From the IMG/VR virus record IMGVR_UViG_3300032030_000014, positions 3,919 to 67,918 of that record: DNA of 64,000 nucleotides; one strand, 5' to 3'. The notes below the pieces were generated by a model. It was given only the letters and a program-made list of their open reading frames with translations. It was not told where the DNA came from and did no database searches. Position numbers and translations under genes: made by a program. Shown here in pieces: positions 1-9,213 of the stretch. The DNA is from a virus. The stretch's first letter is position 1; the number at the start of each line of letters is the position of its first letter.

Positions 1-1601
1 ATTCTAATCTTGTAGGAGGAGTAGACCCAATTGGACCAAGTGGTCCATTTCATCAACAAAAAACACGCAGAGGAGGCACTTATGGTTCTTCTGCCAATAG
101 CACAAGAACTTTAGTATCACGTCAAGTACGTAGTATTGATGGCGGAGTAGGAATGGGATTCCGTCTATGTCTCTCTGGTGATATGAATAGTGTTCCTCCT
201 GGAATGGTACGTCCAAAAGATGTTGTTCATCCTAATATTGATGAGCGTAATCTTCCTGTAACATATAGAGATAAGCGTTGGATTACTAACGATAATTATG
301 TTTGGTTAGGTTCGTTTGGTGGCTTTTTAAGTTTTGAAATGAAAATTTGGGAAACTGGTGAGATGGCAATTCGGTCTCCTGGATATACTGAGAAGGTTGG
401 TCAGTGGTATAGTGTAAGCAATCTTGGTCTTGTTTTTGTAGAAAATGCTTTTCAACAGAATGAAAAACGTATCATTATGCCATATATGTTTATTACAGAA
501 GAACTTGCTACTATTATCAATGATGTTTCTTTTTATGGAGACGGAGCACCGATGGGACGTTTTGAGAAAAAAGAAGTTGCTGATAGTAGTAAATTCAAGA
601 AACCAGAATATATTCTTTTATATCCACCAGAAGAGCTTGCAAAATCTTCAACTCATGATCATACTTCTTATGACCTAAGTAATATTACAGAAGAAATGAA
701 AGGTAAAGATAGACGACTTATTAACGAGGATGGATTTGGCTGGTGGTTGACAACGAGTATTGGTATTCATCAATACCGTGAAGATATTACCGAAGACGAT
801 TTGCGTTTTGTCGTTTATTCTCCGGCTTTCCCAAGTGAGTCTGGAGGAGCTGATCCTGGATATGGAGCAAATTATTTAGCTCAAGGAAAATGGTATACCA
901 TAAATGATATGCTTCTTGTGGTAGATACAGGAGATATTTTAATTCATTATTTATATACTGTAACTCCAGAAGTAAATTCATATGTAACTCAAGGTAAAAA
1001 AGCAAAACAAATGCTTCATATTTCCTATGCAGATTATGAAAAAGGCGATGCTCGTATCTTCGAATGTCATCCTAACAAAAATATTCGAGGTTATACACAT
1101 CAAATTCCAGAAGGAGAATTTAAACCTTTTGGTATTTCTACTTTCCGTAGAGAAATGCCACCTGAACCACTTTGTCCAGGTGGTTGTGGTTATCCAATTA
1201 ACCATTGTAGATGTAATACAATTTGTCCAGACTGCGGCGAGCATATAAATAATTGTTGTTGTCATAACGCAGAAGCAAGATTAGCTGAAGCTGTTGAAAA
1301 TGTAAAATCTTGTTTTGAAGGATACCAAGTCACAAATAATACATCGCAAGCTCACTTAGATGCTGCTGCAAGACTTGCGGTAGGTTTACATCAAATCAAG
1401 CGTTCTTGGGTTGGATTTAAAAAGACAAATGCCACTAAAGAAAAAGATGGTTCTATTGTTGGAACTATAGTTTTAACATTGGGAAATAATCAAGAAAAAA
1501 TTCCTATTAACTTAGTAATTCCTTGTTTAGCTCCAGTTAAAACAAAAGAAGAAGAAGCTATGGCTAAATTAATGGCAAGATTTGGATTTAAGGGGAAATA
1601 A
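1..1601 (+). CDS. 5'-partial large structural-type protein, Cys-rich near the C-terminus (CPGGCGYPINHCRCNTICPDCGEHINNCCCH); possible tail or fiber protein
   Basis: Reading frame is open from the window start in the frame of ORF 153..1601; ends with TAA. Function is a guess. Confidence 0.45.
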   Translation, partial: SNLVGGVDPIGPSGPFHQQKTRRGGTYGSSANSTRTLVSRQVRSIDGGVGMGFRLCLSGDMNSVPPGMVRPKDVVHPNIDERNLPVTYRDKRWITNDNYVWLGSFGGFLSFEMKIWETGEMAIRSPGYTEKVGQWYSVSNLGLVFVENAFQQNEKRIIMPYMFITEELATIINDVSFYGDGAPMGRFEKKEVADSSKFKKPEYILLYPPEELAKSSTHDHTSYDLSNITEEMKGKDRRLINEDGFGWWLTTSIGIHQYREDITEDDLRFVVYSPAFPSESGGADPGYGANYLAQGKWYTINDMLLVVDTGDILIHYLYTVTPEVNSYVTQGKKAKQMLHISYADYEKGDARIFECHPNKNIRGYTHQIPEGEFKPFGISTFRREMPPEPLCPGGCGYPINHCRCNTICPDCGEHINNCCCHNAEARLAEAVENVKSCFEGYQVTNNTSQAHLDAAARLAVGLHQIKRSWVGFKKTNATKEKDGSIVGTIVLTLGNNQEKIPINLVIPCLAPVKTKEEEAMAKLMARFGFKGK

Positions 1602-1604
1602 TAA

Positions 1605-1913
1605 ATGGCAAAAGGTAATATTGCAAAAGAGAATATTGTAAAAGTTTTAGAACAGGCTTTTGGCGAAGATTATATTGGAGAATTTGACAAAAAGTATTAT
1701 GTATGGGCTGATGATGGTGGAAATCGAATTCAGATTTCTATCGCCTTGACCTGTCCAAAAGTATATAGAGGAGTAGAGGAAACTGCTTCTACCGAAATGA
1801 ATTTTGATGATGATGCAGAATCCGCGGCAGGGGAGAGTAGTTTTACGCCTGCTGACATTTCTAAAGAAGAGCAAGATACATTGGCTCAACTTATGGAAAG
1901 ATTAGGATTATAA
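1605..1913 (+). CDS. hypothetical acidic protein (102 aa)
   Basis: ORF track; tightly coupled to the upstream gene (4-nt gap). Confidence 0.5.
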   Translation: MAKGNIAKENIVKVLEQAFGEDYIGEFDKKYYVWADDGGNRIQISIALTCPKVYRGVEETASTEMNFDDDAESAAGESSFTPADISKEEQDTLAQLMERLGL

Positions 1914-1930
1914 GGTCAAGAATTGATAAT

Positions 1931-1971
1931 AGCACTAACTTCTTTTTAAAAGATAAAAAAGAAGTTAGTGC
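1931..1971 (+). terminator. long perfect hairpin (agcactaacttctt ... aagaagttagtgct); candidate terminator or processing site
   Basis: 14-bp inverted repeat seen directly; no clear T-run, so terminator function is uncertain. Confidence 0.35.
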
Positions 1972-2000
1972 TTGACTTTTGCGAAAATTTTTAGTATTAT
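1972..2000 (+). promoter_or_regulatory. sigma70-type promoter: TTGACT, 17-nt spacer, TATTAT
   Basis: Near-consensus -35 and -10 with 17-nt spacing, about 40 nt upstream of the 2042 gene. Confidence 0.55.
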
Positions 2001-2041
2001 AAAAGAAAAAAATAAAATTTAGAGATAAAGGAGATTAAAAA

Positions 2042-2335
2042 ATGAGAAAGAATATTCCTATGCCTGAAGATTTTTGTAATTATGTTGAAGGATTAATGTA
2101 TGAGACAAATGCTCGTAAAGATGTAATTGCTTTTATGCTTAATTCTGCTATTTTAAATCAAGAAAGATTTGATCAATATCATAAAGAATATCTTGAATTT
2201 TATGCAAAGTATGAGTTAGTAAAGAATGAAATTCAAAAAACTTATGTAGATGAAGTTTATGGAAATCAGGCTATTAAATGGAATTTAAATTTCAAAACTC
2301 AAGAGTTAGAAATTGATTTAAAAGATGAAAAATAA
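2042..2335 (+). CDS. hypothetical protein (97 aa), first gene of rSAM cassette A
   Basis: ORF track; good RBS (aaaggagattaaaaaatg). Confidence 0.55.
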   Translation: MRKNIPMPEDFCNYVEGLMYETNARKDVIAFMLNSAILNQERFDQYHKEYLEFYAKYELVKNEIQKTYVDEVYGNQAIKWNLNFKTQELEIDLKDEK

Positions 2336-2357
2336 TTAATAGATAGGGGGTAACTTT

Positions 2358-3125
2358 ATGGCAGTTGCAACAGTAACAGCTGGTAGTCTATTAAGTGCCA
2401 CAACAATGACTAATTTAAAAGCTGCGGTTAAAGCAGAAATGTAGAGAAGATGTTATACAGGTTCTGTTGCTGCCTATGGTGGAACTTCATATGACTATAC
2501 TACAGCTGCAGGAACAGGAGTAAAAGCTGCTGTAGATTTTTATAATAAAAATGCTACTCCAGAAAATGCAGTTAATGCAGCAACGCCAACTAAAACAGCC
2601 GGAACAACAATTACAGCAGCTGATGTGAACACTTTAATCAATAATGTAAATACTTTTGCTGGCAGATCTTTAACAGCAACTACTTTAGCTGCTACAAGTT
2701 GTGCAGCATCATGCACTGGGCTATGTTTTAGTACTTGTGGAACTGCTTGTGCAACAAATTGTACTGGTGGATGTGGTAATAATTGTTAGGGTAGTTGTCT
2801 TGGAACTTGTTAGGGAACTTGTAATACAACTTGTCTTGCTTGTAGTAATGCTTGTGCATCAGGATGTAAAACAACTTGTACGGGTGGTTGTACTGGATGT
2901 AGTAATACATGTACTGGAGGTTGTAATACTACATGCACAACTGCTTGCGATACTGCGTGTGCAAAAGCCTGCACTGGAGGATGTGCCGGATGTACTGGAT
3001 ATTGCACGACAAGCTGTTAGGGATATTGTGAAGATAGTTGTTAGGGATGCTCAAATGCTTGTCAAGCAAGTTGTGGATCAGGTTGTACATCAAATTGTGT
3101 TCAAGCTTGTTCTACTGAAAATTAA
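2358..3125 (+). CDS. Cys-rich repetitive peptide or protein with 5 in-frame TAG codons; candidate substrate of the adjacent radical-SAM/SPASM enzyme
   Basis: ATG at 2358 with RBS (ggggtaactttatg). Frame contains only TAG codons as stops until TAA at 3123. C-terminal half is Thr/Gly/Ser-rich with repeated C-x3-C and C-x-G-G-C motifs; the TAG codons fall in C-TAG-G contexts. Confidence 0.6.
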
Positions 3126-3140
3126 TTAAGAGGGGCATAT

Positions 3141-4502
3141 ATGAAAACAAATATAAATGAAATAGAATCTTTTTCAAATTTTTTAACACGAGTTTTTATA
3201 CCAAAAAATTATTTTACAAAAAAAAATATGCTTGGTATAAACGGTGTTGCAGTAAAAGATATTACTATTTAGGTTACAGAAGATTGTAATTTACAATGTA
3301 CTTATTGCTATTAGCATAATAAAACTCCTCAAAAATTAAATATTGAAACTGGAAAAAAATTTATTGATTTAATTTTAGCTTCTGATAATCGAAGTGAAAA
3401 ATATATTTAGTCAAAAGAATGTCTTGGAGTTGTGCTTAATTTTATTGGAGGAGAACCTTTTTTAGAAATAGATACTATTGATATTCTTACTGATTATTTT
3501 ATTAATAAAATGATTGAATTAAATCATCCATGGCTATTTAGATATAGAATTAATATTACTTCTAATGGATTATTATATTTCTCTGAAAAAGTTCAAAAAT
3601 ATATTAATAAAAATGCCCAACATCTTTCAATAGGAATTTCTATTGATGGTAATAAAAAATTACATGATAGATGCAGAATAGATCATAATGGACAAGGATC
3701 TTATGATAGAGCAATAGCAGCCCAAACTCATTATTTTAAAAAATATAATCTTCATGGGTTAACTAAAATGACTCTTTCTCCAGATAATATAGATTGTTTT
3801 AAAGAGTCTTTAATAGAGTTTTTAGAGTAGCATAAAGAAACTTGTATTTATGCTAATTGTGTATACGAAAAAGGCTGGAATCTTAATCATGCTTAGATTT
3901 TATATCAAGAATTAAAAAGTATTGCAGATTATTTATTATAGCATGACTTACAAGATTCAACATTTATTAGTATTTTAGATTAGTTAATAGGAGTAAAATA
4001 TAGTTCAAATCATGCCTTTTGCGGAGGTTCTGGAGACATGGTAGCAGTTGATGTACATGGAGATATATACCCCTGTCTTAGATATACTCCAAGTTCTATT
4101 GGTAATCCTAATTTAAAATTTAAAATTGGCGATGTTGAACACGGATTTATTTATAATGAAGAGCAAGAGCAAAGATTAAAATGTTTAGCGTGTATTACTC
4201 GTTAGAGTCAAGATGCTACTACAGAAAATTGTACAAATTGTCCAATATCTTCAGGTTGTGGTGATTGTGCAGCATATAGTTATGAAGTTTTTGGTGAAGT
4301 TGGTCATAGAACAACTTTTATTTGTGAGATGCATAAAGCAAGAGTTTTAGCTGCCGTTTATTATAAAAATAAATGTTTTCAAAAAACCGGTATTAAAGAA
4401 CCTTTACCCATGAATTGTCCAAAAGAATGGGCAGTTCCAATTATTGGCGAAGAAGAATATAATATGCTTTGTGATTTAGCAAATAAATCATTTGAATCTT
4501 AA
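3141..4502 (+). CDS. radical SAM enzyme with SPASM domain (RiPP or peptide maturase-like), 8 in-frame TAG codons
   Basis: CNLQCTYCY (CxxxCxxC) near the N-terminus. C-terminal Cys clusters (CGGSGDM..YPC, CTNCPISSGCGDCAAY) are typical of SPASM. Frame is open except for TAGs. Confidence 0.65.
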
Positions 4503-4509
4503 AATTTTT

Positions 4510-4546
4510 GGGCGAGGTAGATAAATTTTGCCTCGCCCATTTTCTT
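4510..4546 (+). terminator. rho-independent terminator (gggcgagg...cctcgccc + T-run)
   Basis: GC-rich hairpin followed by attttctt. Confidence 0.7.
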
Positions 4547-4572
4547 ATTATAACACAAAGAAAGCTCTAAAA

Positions 4573-4601
4573 TTGATTTTTTAAAAAAAATATATTATAA
4601 T
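4573..4601 (+). promoter_or_regulatory. conserved phage promoter (TTGATT, 17 nt, TATAAT), family member
   Basis: ttgattttttaaaaaaaatatattataat; this sequence is repeated more than 25 times in the window. Confidence 0.7.
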
Positions 4602-4633
4602 ATATTTAGAAAATAAAAAAAGGAGAAAAAAAA

Positions 4634-4948
4634 ATGTTCGGTTATCATGATTCTAATCGCTGCAAGCTTGATATTTGGGCTCCAAAAGCATATCATTCTT
4701 GTGAAGATGCTGATGAAATCCAGTCTGGGTATGGCGTTTGGGAAGATACTCCCTATTCATGTGCTATTGACAATCGTGCGTTTTCTCCGTATGCAAAGCA
4801 TACTCAAGAGATTGATGATCTGGTCGAAATGATTGCGGCTGGTGGCACGTCTTTTGAACTGGACGATGATTTTTCCGAAGCTGACCTTGAAGAATTGCAA
4901 AGAAAACTTGCGGCAAGAGGTCTTTCAGCAGATTTATCCTTATCATAA
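4634..4948 (+). CDS. hypothetical protein (104 aa)
   Basis: ORF track; RBS aaaggag; preceded by the family promoter. Confidence 0.6.
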   Translation: MFGYHDSNRCKLDIWAPKAYHSCEDADEIQSGYGVWEDTPYSCAIDNRAFSPYAKHTQEIDDLVEMIAAGGTSFELDDDFSEADLEELQRKLAARGLSADLSLS

Positions 4949-4971
4949 TTTTAAGAAAAGGATTGATAACT

Positions 4972-5139
4972 ATGTCTAAGCAGCGAGAAACGCTCGAAGA
5001 AGCCGTAGAAAAGTATCTCAAGTATGAGCCAAGTAATCCTTGTTGGCACGACTTTTGGTATCTTGAGGATATTTGTGGCAAGTACGGATATGATGTAGTT
5101 CGTAAGGAAATTAAACGGCAAGAAAAACTCTCAACTTGA
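4972..5139 (+). CDS. small hypothetical protein (55 aa)
   Basis: ATG with RBS (aaaggattgataactatg); ends TGA. Shorter than the ORF-track cutoff. Confidence 0.4.
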   Translation: MSKQRETLEEAVEKYLKYEPSNPCWHDFWYLEDICGKYGYDVVRKEIKRQEKLST

Positions 5140-5164
5140 TTTTTTAAAAAAAATATATTATAAT
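5136..5164 (+). promoter_or_regulatory. conserved phage promoter (family)
   Basis: cttgattttttaaaaaaaatatattataat. Confidence 0.7.
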
Positions 5165-5196
5165 ATATATACAAGATAAGGAAAGGAGCTTTACCA

Positions 5197-5340
5197 ATGA
5201 CCGTTAAGGAAAAAGAAATGCTGCTTGCTCTTATCAAAGGTCTTACTAAAAGAGCGAATGTCACCCAATATGATAGTGGTATCAAGATTATCAAAGGCAA
5301 AGATGTTGATCTTTTAGAAGAAGCAATCAAAAAAATGTAA
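5197..5340 (+). CDS. small hypothetical protein (47 aa)
   Basis: RBS ggaaaggagc; ATG at 5197; TAA at 5338. Confidence 0.4.
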   Translation: MTVKEKEMLLALIKGLTKRANVTQYDSGIKIIKGKDVDLLEEAIKKM

Positions 5341-5345
5341 TATAT

Positions 5346-5433
5346 CCCTTTCTAGTGTGTTAAAGTAGGCACGTCGGTCTGTAAAACCGAAGCCTTGTGG
5401 CCCGAGTGGGTGCGATTCCCTCGAAAGGGACCA
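5346..5433 (+). tRNA. tRNA-Tyr (anticodon GTA), class II with long variable arm, CCA encoded
   Basis: Acceptor ccctttc/gaaaggg is perfect. Anticodon arm tcggt-ctGTAaa-accga. Long variable arm. Confidence 0.55.
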
Positions 5434-5575
5434 AAGCGGAGTGAACTCCTTCGCTATATAAAATAATAAGGTGAGTAACGCAGGAGAGCCACGTTCCCTG
5501 CCGCCGAGTAATCGGAAAATAGTGCGAGGTTTCCAAGGGGTGGTATGACTTGGGAGTAGTAGAAACCACCAATAT

Positions 5576-5651
5576 GCCTCCTTAGCCCAGTTGGTAGAGC
5601 GACAGACTGTTAATCTGTGGGTCGGCGGTTCGAGCCCGTCAGGAGGCGCCA
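5576..5651 (+). tRNA. tRNA-Asn (GTT), CCA encoded
   Basis: Acceptor gcctcct/aggaggc; anticodon arm acaga-ctGTTaa-tctgt; T-loop ggttcgagcc. Confidence 0.7.
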
Positions 5652-5984
5652 TGTGAAGCAAATCAGCAATTAAGCAAATGTGCGGCTGGTCAACCAAAAG
5701 ACTGTGGATTGGGCGAAATGCCACGATAGTTTTATCAAAAATCGCATCCGTGCTGTGGCACCTGTAGATATTGAGCAAAGCAGGGTGTAGTGATTGCCCT
5801 ATTACACTTGGATTAGGGTCGGAGAGAACAACTTCGTTATAACAAGTAGCGATCGGACTTGTTTGTTCGCCTTCTGGCTATGATGGTGTGGAGCCTCGCC
5901 ACATAGCGTTACATCTTGGGGTTCTCAAAGTGCGAATGGAATATTAGGCATACATTGGGGTGATGATCCTAGTCCCCTCCGTTT

Positions 5985-6058
5985 AGGCGGCTGGTGTAAC
6001 GGTAGCATGTCGGTCTCCAAAACCGTTGGTCTGAGTTCGAATCTTAGGTCGCCTGCCA
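5985..6058 (+). tRNA. tRNA-Trp (CCA)
   Basis: Acceptor aggcggc/gtcgcct; anticodon loop ctCCAaa; T-arm gagttcgaatct; 3' CCA. Confidence 0.55.
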
Positions 6059-6148
6059 AGCCCCGTGAGCTATTATGAGCTACCGGGTAGGACTCACGAC
6101 ATAGGTGGAGTGGTTGCCCATCTTTACATAAATAGCAACCATTTATAT

Positions 6149-6235
6149 CGGCGTGTGGCGGAACAGGTAGACGCGTCAGTTTGAGGGACTGGTGGGCGAA
6201 AGCCCGTGCTGGTTCAAGTCCAGTCATGCCGACCA
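6149..6235 (+). tRNA. tRNA-Leu (GAG), class II
   Basis: D-arm gcggaacaggtagacgc; anticodon arm tcagt-ttGAGgg-actgg; long variable arm; T-arm gctggttcaagtccagt. Confidence 0.6.
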
Positions 6236-6404
6236 GGAGCCGTTACGAGCAAAACTTCATAGGATTATTAGATAAGTCGGACTGATCCTCCGAAACTATT
6301 TGATAAACACCATGACCGCCGATTGGGTCAGAGATTGCTTGGGTTGCAACTTGCTAAGTAATCGTAATCGGATGTGCGGTTGGGCGACCTTAAGTCCGTC
6401 ATAT

Positions 6405-6481
6405 ACCTCGGTAGTTCAGTCCGGCAGAACAGCGGACTCATATTCCGTAGGTCGTTGGTTCAAATCCAACCCGAGGTACCA
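6405..6481 (+). tRNA. tRNA-Met or Ile2 type (CAT)
   Basis: Acceptor acctcgg/ccgaggt; anticodon arm gcgga-ctCATat-tccgt; T-arm gttggttcaaatccaac. Confidence 0.6.
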
Positions 6482-6526
6482 ACCTGGCAAGGTGGCGTAG
6501 CGTGAGCTACAAGTGCCAATGGCTGA

Positions 6527-6600
6527 AGGTACTTAAAACCGGCAATGGCCAAGCCAAGGGTATCCGAAAACCAAGAGGTCATTTATCTATCCAAATAGCA
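6527..6600 (+). repeat. copy 1 of a repeated ~70-nt module (aaaaccggcaatggccaagcc ... aaaaccaagaggtcatttatctatccaaatagca)
   Basis: Direct repeat of copy 2 at 6801-6897, about 85% identical over the flanks. Confidence 0.6.
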
Positions 6601-6777
6601 GGTGGCGGAATAGGTAGACGTAGTGGAGCGTGAGTAAGTAATCAGCGCTACTGGTTAATTGAAATTTTAAAGGCTCTGATAGGCAACCTCGATAGAGTAG
6701 TGGAATGAGAGCAGCTAAGTCCTATTGAAACTTACTCATATAGGGTGCAAATCCTTATCTTGCTATATTATAACTAT
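6594..6777 (+). other. tRNA-like gene with a ~95-nt internal insertion
   Basis: Candidate acceptor tagcagg/cttgcta; D-arm gcggaataggtagacg; T-arm tagggtgcaaatcctta. Anticodon region is unresolved. Confidence 0.25.
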
Positions 6778-6800
6778 TTGTGCGAATGACTGAACGCACG

Positions 6801-6897
6801 TAAAACCGGCAATGGGCAAGCCAGCTCGTAGCTTTATTCATGAAATAATGCTCTTAGCTAAAACCAAGAGGTCCTTTATCTATCCGAATAGCATATT
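6801..6897 (+). repeat. copy 2 of the repeated module (aaaaccggcaatgggcaagcc ... aaaaccaagaggtcctttatctatccgaatagca)
   Basis: See copy 1. Confidence 0.6.
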
Positions 6898-6983
6898 AAG
6901 TAAATCGTAGGTTACTAGTCGTGAAACGTTTTAGTGCGAGTACAGATGACACGACCATCCAAGGCGTGAGGATAGACTTTTAT

Positions 6984-7059
6984 GGGCAGGTAGCTCAGCT
7001 GGTAGAGCGTTGGCCTGAAGAGCCAAGCGTCGGGGGTTCAATTCCCTCCCTGCCCACCA
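6984..7059 (+). tRNA. tRNA-Phe (GAA)
   Basis: gggcagg-ta-gctcagctggtagagc...ttggc-ctGAAga-gccaa...ggttcaattcc...cctgccc-a-cca. Confidence 0.8.
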
Positions 7060-7081
7060 TAAAAACACAAAGGAGATTACT

Positions 7082-7267
7082 ATGCATACCTTCCATTCTC
7101 AGGATAAATACAATTTCCATCATAACGGAGATTTTTCTGGTGATGTAATAATCACCAAGGATAATGACGCTGATTTTGAGGTTGAAATTAGCGGTCAGGC
7201 TCTTCTTGAGTATGCTCGTTATGTGATTGAATCCATTCTTACAGAAAAAATTGAAGATATTATGTAA
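7082..7267 (+). CDS. small hypothetical protein (61 aa) inside the tRNA array
   Basis: RBS aaaggagattactatg. Confidence 0.45.
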   Translation: MHTFHSQDKYNFHHNGDFSGDVIITKDNDADFEVEISGQALLEYARYVIESILTEKIEDIM

Positions 7268-7268
7268 T

Positions 7269-7345
7269 GGTGTAGGTAGCGCAATTGGCAGAGCATCGGA
7301 TTGTGATTCCGAGTGTTGTGGGTTCAAATCCCATCCTTCACCCCA
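7269..7345 (+). tRNA. tRNA-His (GTG) with extra 5' G(-1)
   Basis: Anticodon arm tcgga-ttGTGat-tccga; T-arm gtgggttcaaatcccat. Confidence 0.6.
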
Positions 7346-7348
7346 TAT

Positions 7349-7423
7349 GCCGAGGTCATACAGTGGTTAGTATGCGAAACTGATAATTTCGTCACGGTAG
7401 TTCAACTCTACCCCTTGGCACCA
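7349..7423 (+). tRNA. tRNA-Ile (GAT)
   Basis: Acceptor gccgagg/ccttggc; anticodon arm cgaaa-ctGATaa-tttcg; T-arm gtagttcaactctac; CCA encoded. Confidence 0.6.
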
Positions 7424-7788
7424 GCGGTATAATAACCGTGCATACATAGGGCTTAGAAAATACAGTAATAATGGCTAACGGCAGTTTGCTGATTTAGATC
7501 AGCCAAGTCAGACGGGTCGGGGTTAGCAAAGAAAGGCTAACAGGTAGTACTGCGATAGGTAAGAAATTCGCGTTCCGAAATAAGTCGGGAAAACCGAATG
7601 ATACGGATCAGATACTTTCCACATAAGTGGTCTAGGAAGAGATTTTAGGTAGCGGATAACGACCGCTAGATGCTTCCTTGTAAAGTCACCTTGAAACTAG
7701 GTCATAGCTACCACATTATTACGACTAAAAGAACAATCATCAAGGGAGGGTTCCTCGGTGAAAATCCGAGTCTTGGACTCCCATTTTT

Positions 7789-7946
7789 CCCCGTCTAGCT
7801 CAATTGGTTAGAGCACACGACTTGCTGGTATAGTGTAATGGTAGCACGCAGGATGCCCCTCGTAATCTGGGGAGGAGTAAGTTCGATTCTTACTATCGGC
7901 ACTAATAATCGTGAGGTTCTGTGTTCAATTCACAGGGCGGGGACCA
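7789..7946 (+). tRNA. Pro-like tRNA gene (C1-G72, A73, 5' loop starts ctTGG) interrupted by an ~81-nt insertion in the anticodon loop
   Basis: Acceptor ccccgtc/ggcgggg, D-arm gctcaattggttagagc, anticodon stem cacga/tcgtg and T-arm ctgtgttcaattcacag are all complementary across an 88-nt loop region (7821-7908). Confidence 0.4.
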
Positions 7947-8060
7947 GAGAAGACACACACAGCAATTTACTTTATAAAAGTATATTAGTCCACTGGTAGG
8001 ACGCAATTCTGCAAAAATTGAATAGTGGGTCCGATTCCCACATATATTTTTTAGGTGTCT
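7944..8060 (+). repeat. stem-loop family member (aagacac-ACACAGCAA ... gtgtctt); here the stem encloses tRNA-Cys
   Basis: 7-bp stem aagacac/gtgtctt with the conserved ACAGCAA 5' loop segment. Confidence 0.5.
7979..8049 (+). tRNA. tRNA-Cys (GCA)
   Basis: D-arm gtccactggtaggac; anticodon arm caatt-ctGCAaa-aattg; T-arm gtgggtccgattcccac. Confidence 0.5.
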
Positions 8061-8063
8061 TGA

Positions 8064-8240
8064 ATGAAAAAAGAATTTATTTTCTATTTACCAAAATTAA
8101 ATAAAAATCGTATTATTATAGCCCGTGATGAAGCAACTGCGGTTTGGAAATTGTTTAATCAGTTTCGCTTGCGAGAGAGTGACGTTGATGGGTATAGAAT
8201 AATGCGACAGGGAAAAATTCATAGGAAATTTTCCCTTTGA
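8064..8240 (+). CDS. small hypothetical protein (58 aa)
   Basis: ATG directly after the stem-loop; ends TGA. Below the ORF-track cutoff. Confidence 0.3.
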   Translation: MKKEFIFYLPKLNKNRIIIARDEATAVWKLFNQFRLRESDVDGYRIMRQGKIHRKFSL

Positions 8241-8243
8241 TAT

Positions 8244-8319
8244 GCGGGCTTAGCTCAGCTGGTAGAGCATCGCGTTTACACCGCGGAGGTCGGGGGTCCG
8301 AGTCCCTCAGCCCGTACCA
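8244..8319 (+). tRNA. tRNA-Val (TAC)
   Basis: gcgggct-ta-gctcagctggtagagc...tcgcg-ttTACac-cgcgg...gggggtccgagtccc...agcccgt-a-cca. Confidence 0.8.
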
Positions 8320-8787
8320 AAAAGCATTGGCGTGGAGAGAATAGGCAGAAATTTATATTCAAAACTAGTGGGGAATGTTATACCCAGCCGAGTCAATGCT
8401 TTTTTCCAGACCATATATGCTAGAGTCCTCGCAGGCAGAGGAATATAAAGGTTTCGGGGATGCTTGGTGGTCGAGCCCCAGAAAAAAGTACCACCCTGGC
8501 GGTCAGAGGGATAACCGGTGCATAACGGAAAGAGCCCCGCAAGTCTGACAAGTATATACAAGAAGACGCAATCAGCAACTCAATCTTTATAGAATGATTG
8601 AATGATGTTGGGATAGTTTTTTTATTCCACCGAAGACTGAAAAGTATCTTTTCAGGTTCATAGCCAAGAGAAGGTTTATAGGAGACTAATTTCGGTCTCT
8701 TGGTAACAAAGAAATAAGGTCTCTTGCGTCTTGACTTAGGAGAAAGTAATGGAAATTTACACTTCTTATTTTTATTAGGTTCGTTTT

Positions 8788-9213
8788 ATGAAACCATATA
8801 TGATTCCACTTTCAACTGCTGTGTGGGATCCAAAATGGTTTCATCAAAACAAAGGATAGGATTTTGTTTGGAAAGATAAAAATAATGTGTATAATGGATT
8901 GCGGGCATCGGTGTTTGCTCCTGGTCCTCTCTGTGAAAATCTTTGCAGAGGACCTGAAACTTGTGATACACATGACCCAACAAAATGCTTATTTTTGAAA
9001 ACTTATCGTTATCAACTTGACCAATTGGATTTCAATGATGTAATCGCCCGTTGTGAGCGAATGGGCAATTATATTAAATCACTGGAAAATTTTTCTGAAG
9101 AACCAGTGATAATCCTTCTCGTTCACGAAGCAAAAGATAATCCTTGCTCAGAACGTCGTGTTATCCAAGAGTGGTTTGCCGCACATGGAAAGGAAGTTAC
9201 GGAATGGAGATAA
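8788..9213 (+). CDS. hypothetical protein with one in-frame TAG (141 aa)
   Basis: ATG at 8788 is in frame with ORF 8887..9213; the only intervening stop is TAG (HQNKG-TAG-DFVWKDK). Confidence 0.5.

Noticed and set aside
2701-3129. ORF 2701..3129 (142 aa, Val/Leu-rich) from the track
   Set aside because: It is an alternative frame of the Cys-rich repeat gene. The Cys-rich frame has an RBS and start, and pairs with the rSAM gene.
5314-6227. Minus-strand ORFs (5314..5778, 5360..5572, 5925..6227) and other short ORFs overlapping tRNA genes (10862..11074, 11671..11998, 12513..12773, 14872..15238, 17700..18018, 18174..18404, 26377..26568)
   Set aside because: They overlap well-formed tRNA genes or GC-rich structured RNA, lack RBSs, and are typical ORF-caller noise in GC-rich non-coding stretches.
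7801-7905. A second tRNA (gctggta...tatcggc) nested inside the Pro-like tRNA insertion
   Set aside because: The acceptor pairs, but no consistent D or anticodon arms could be drawn. It is treated as part of the insertion.
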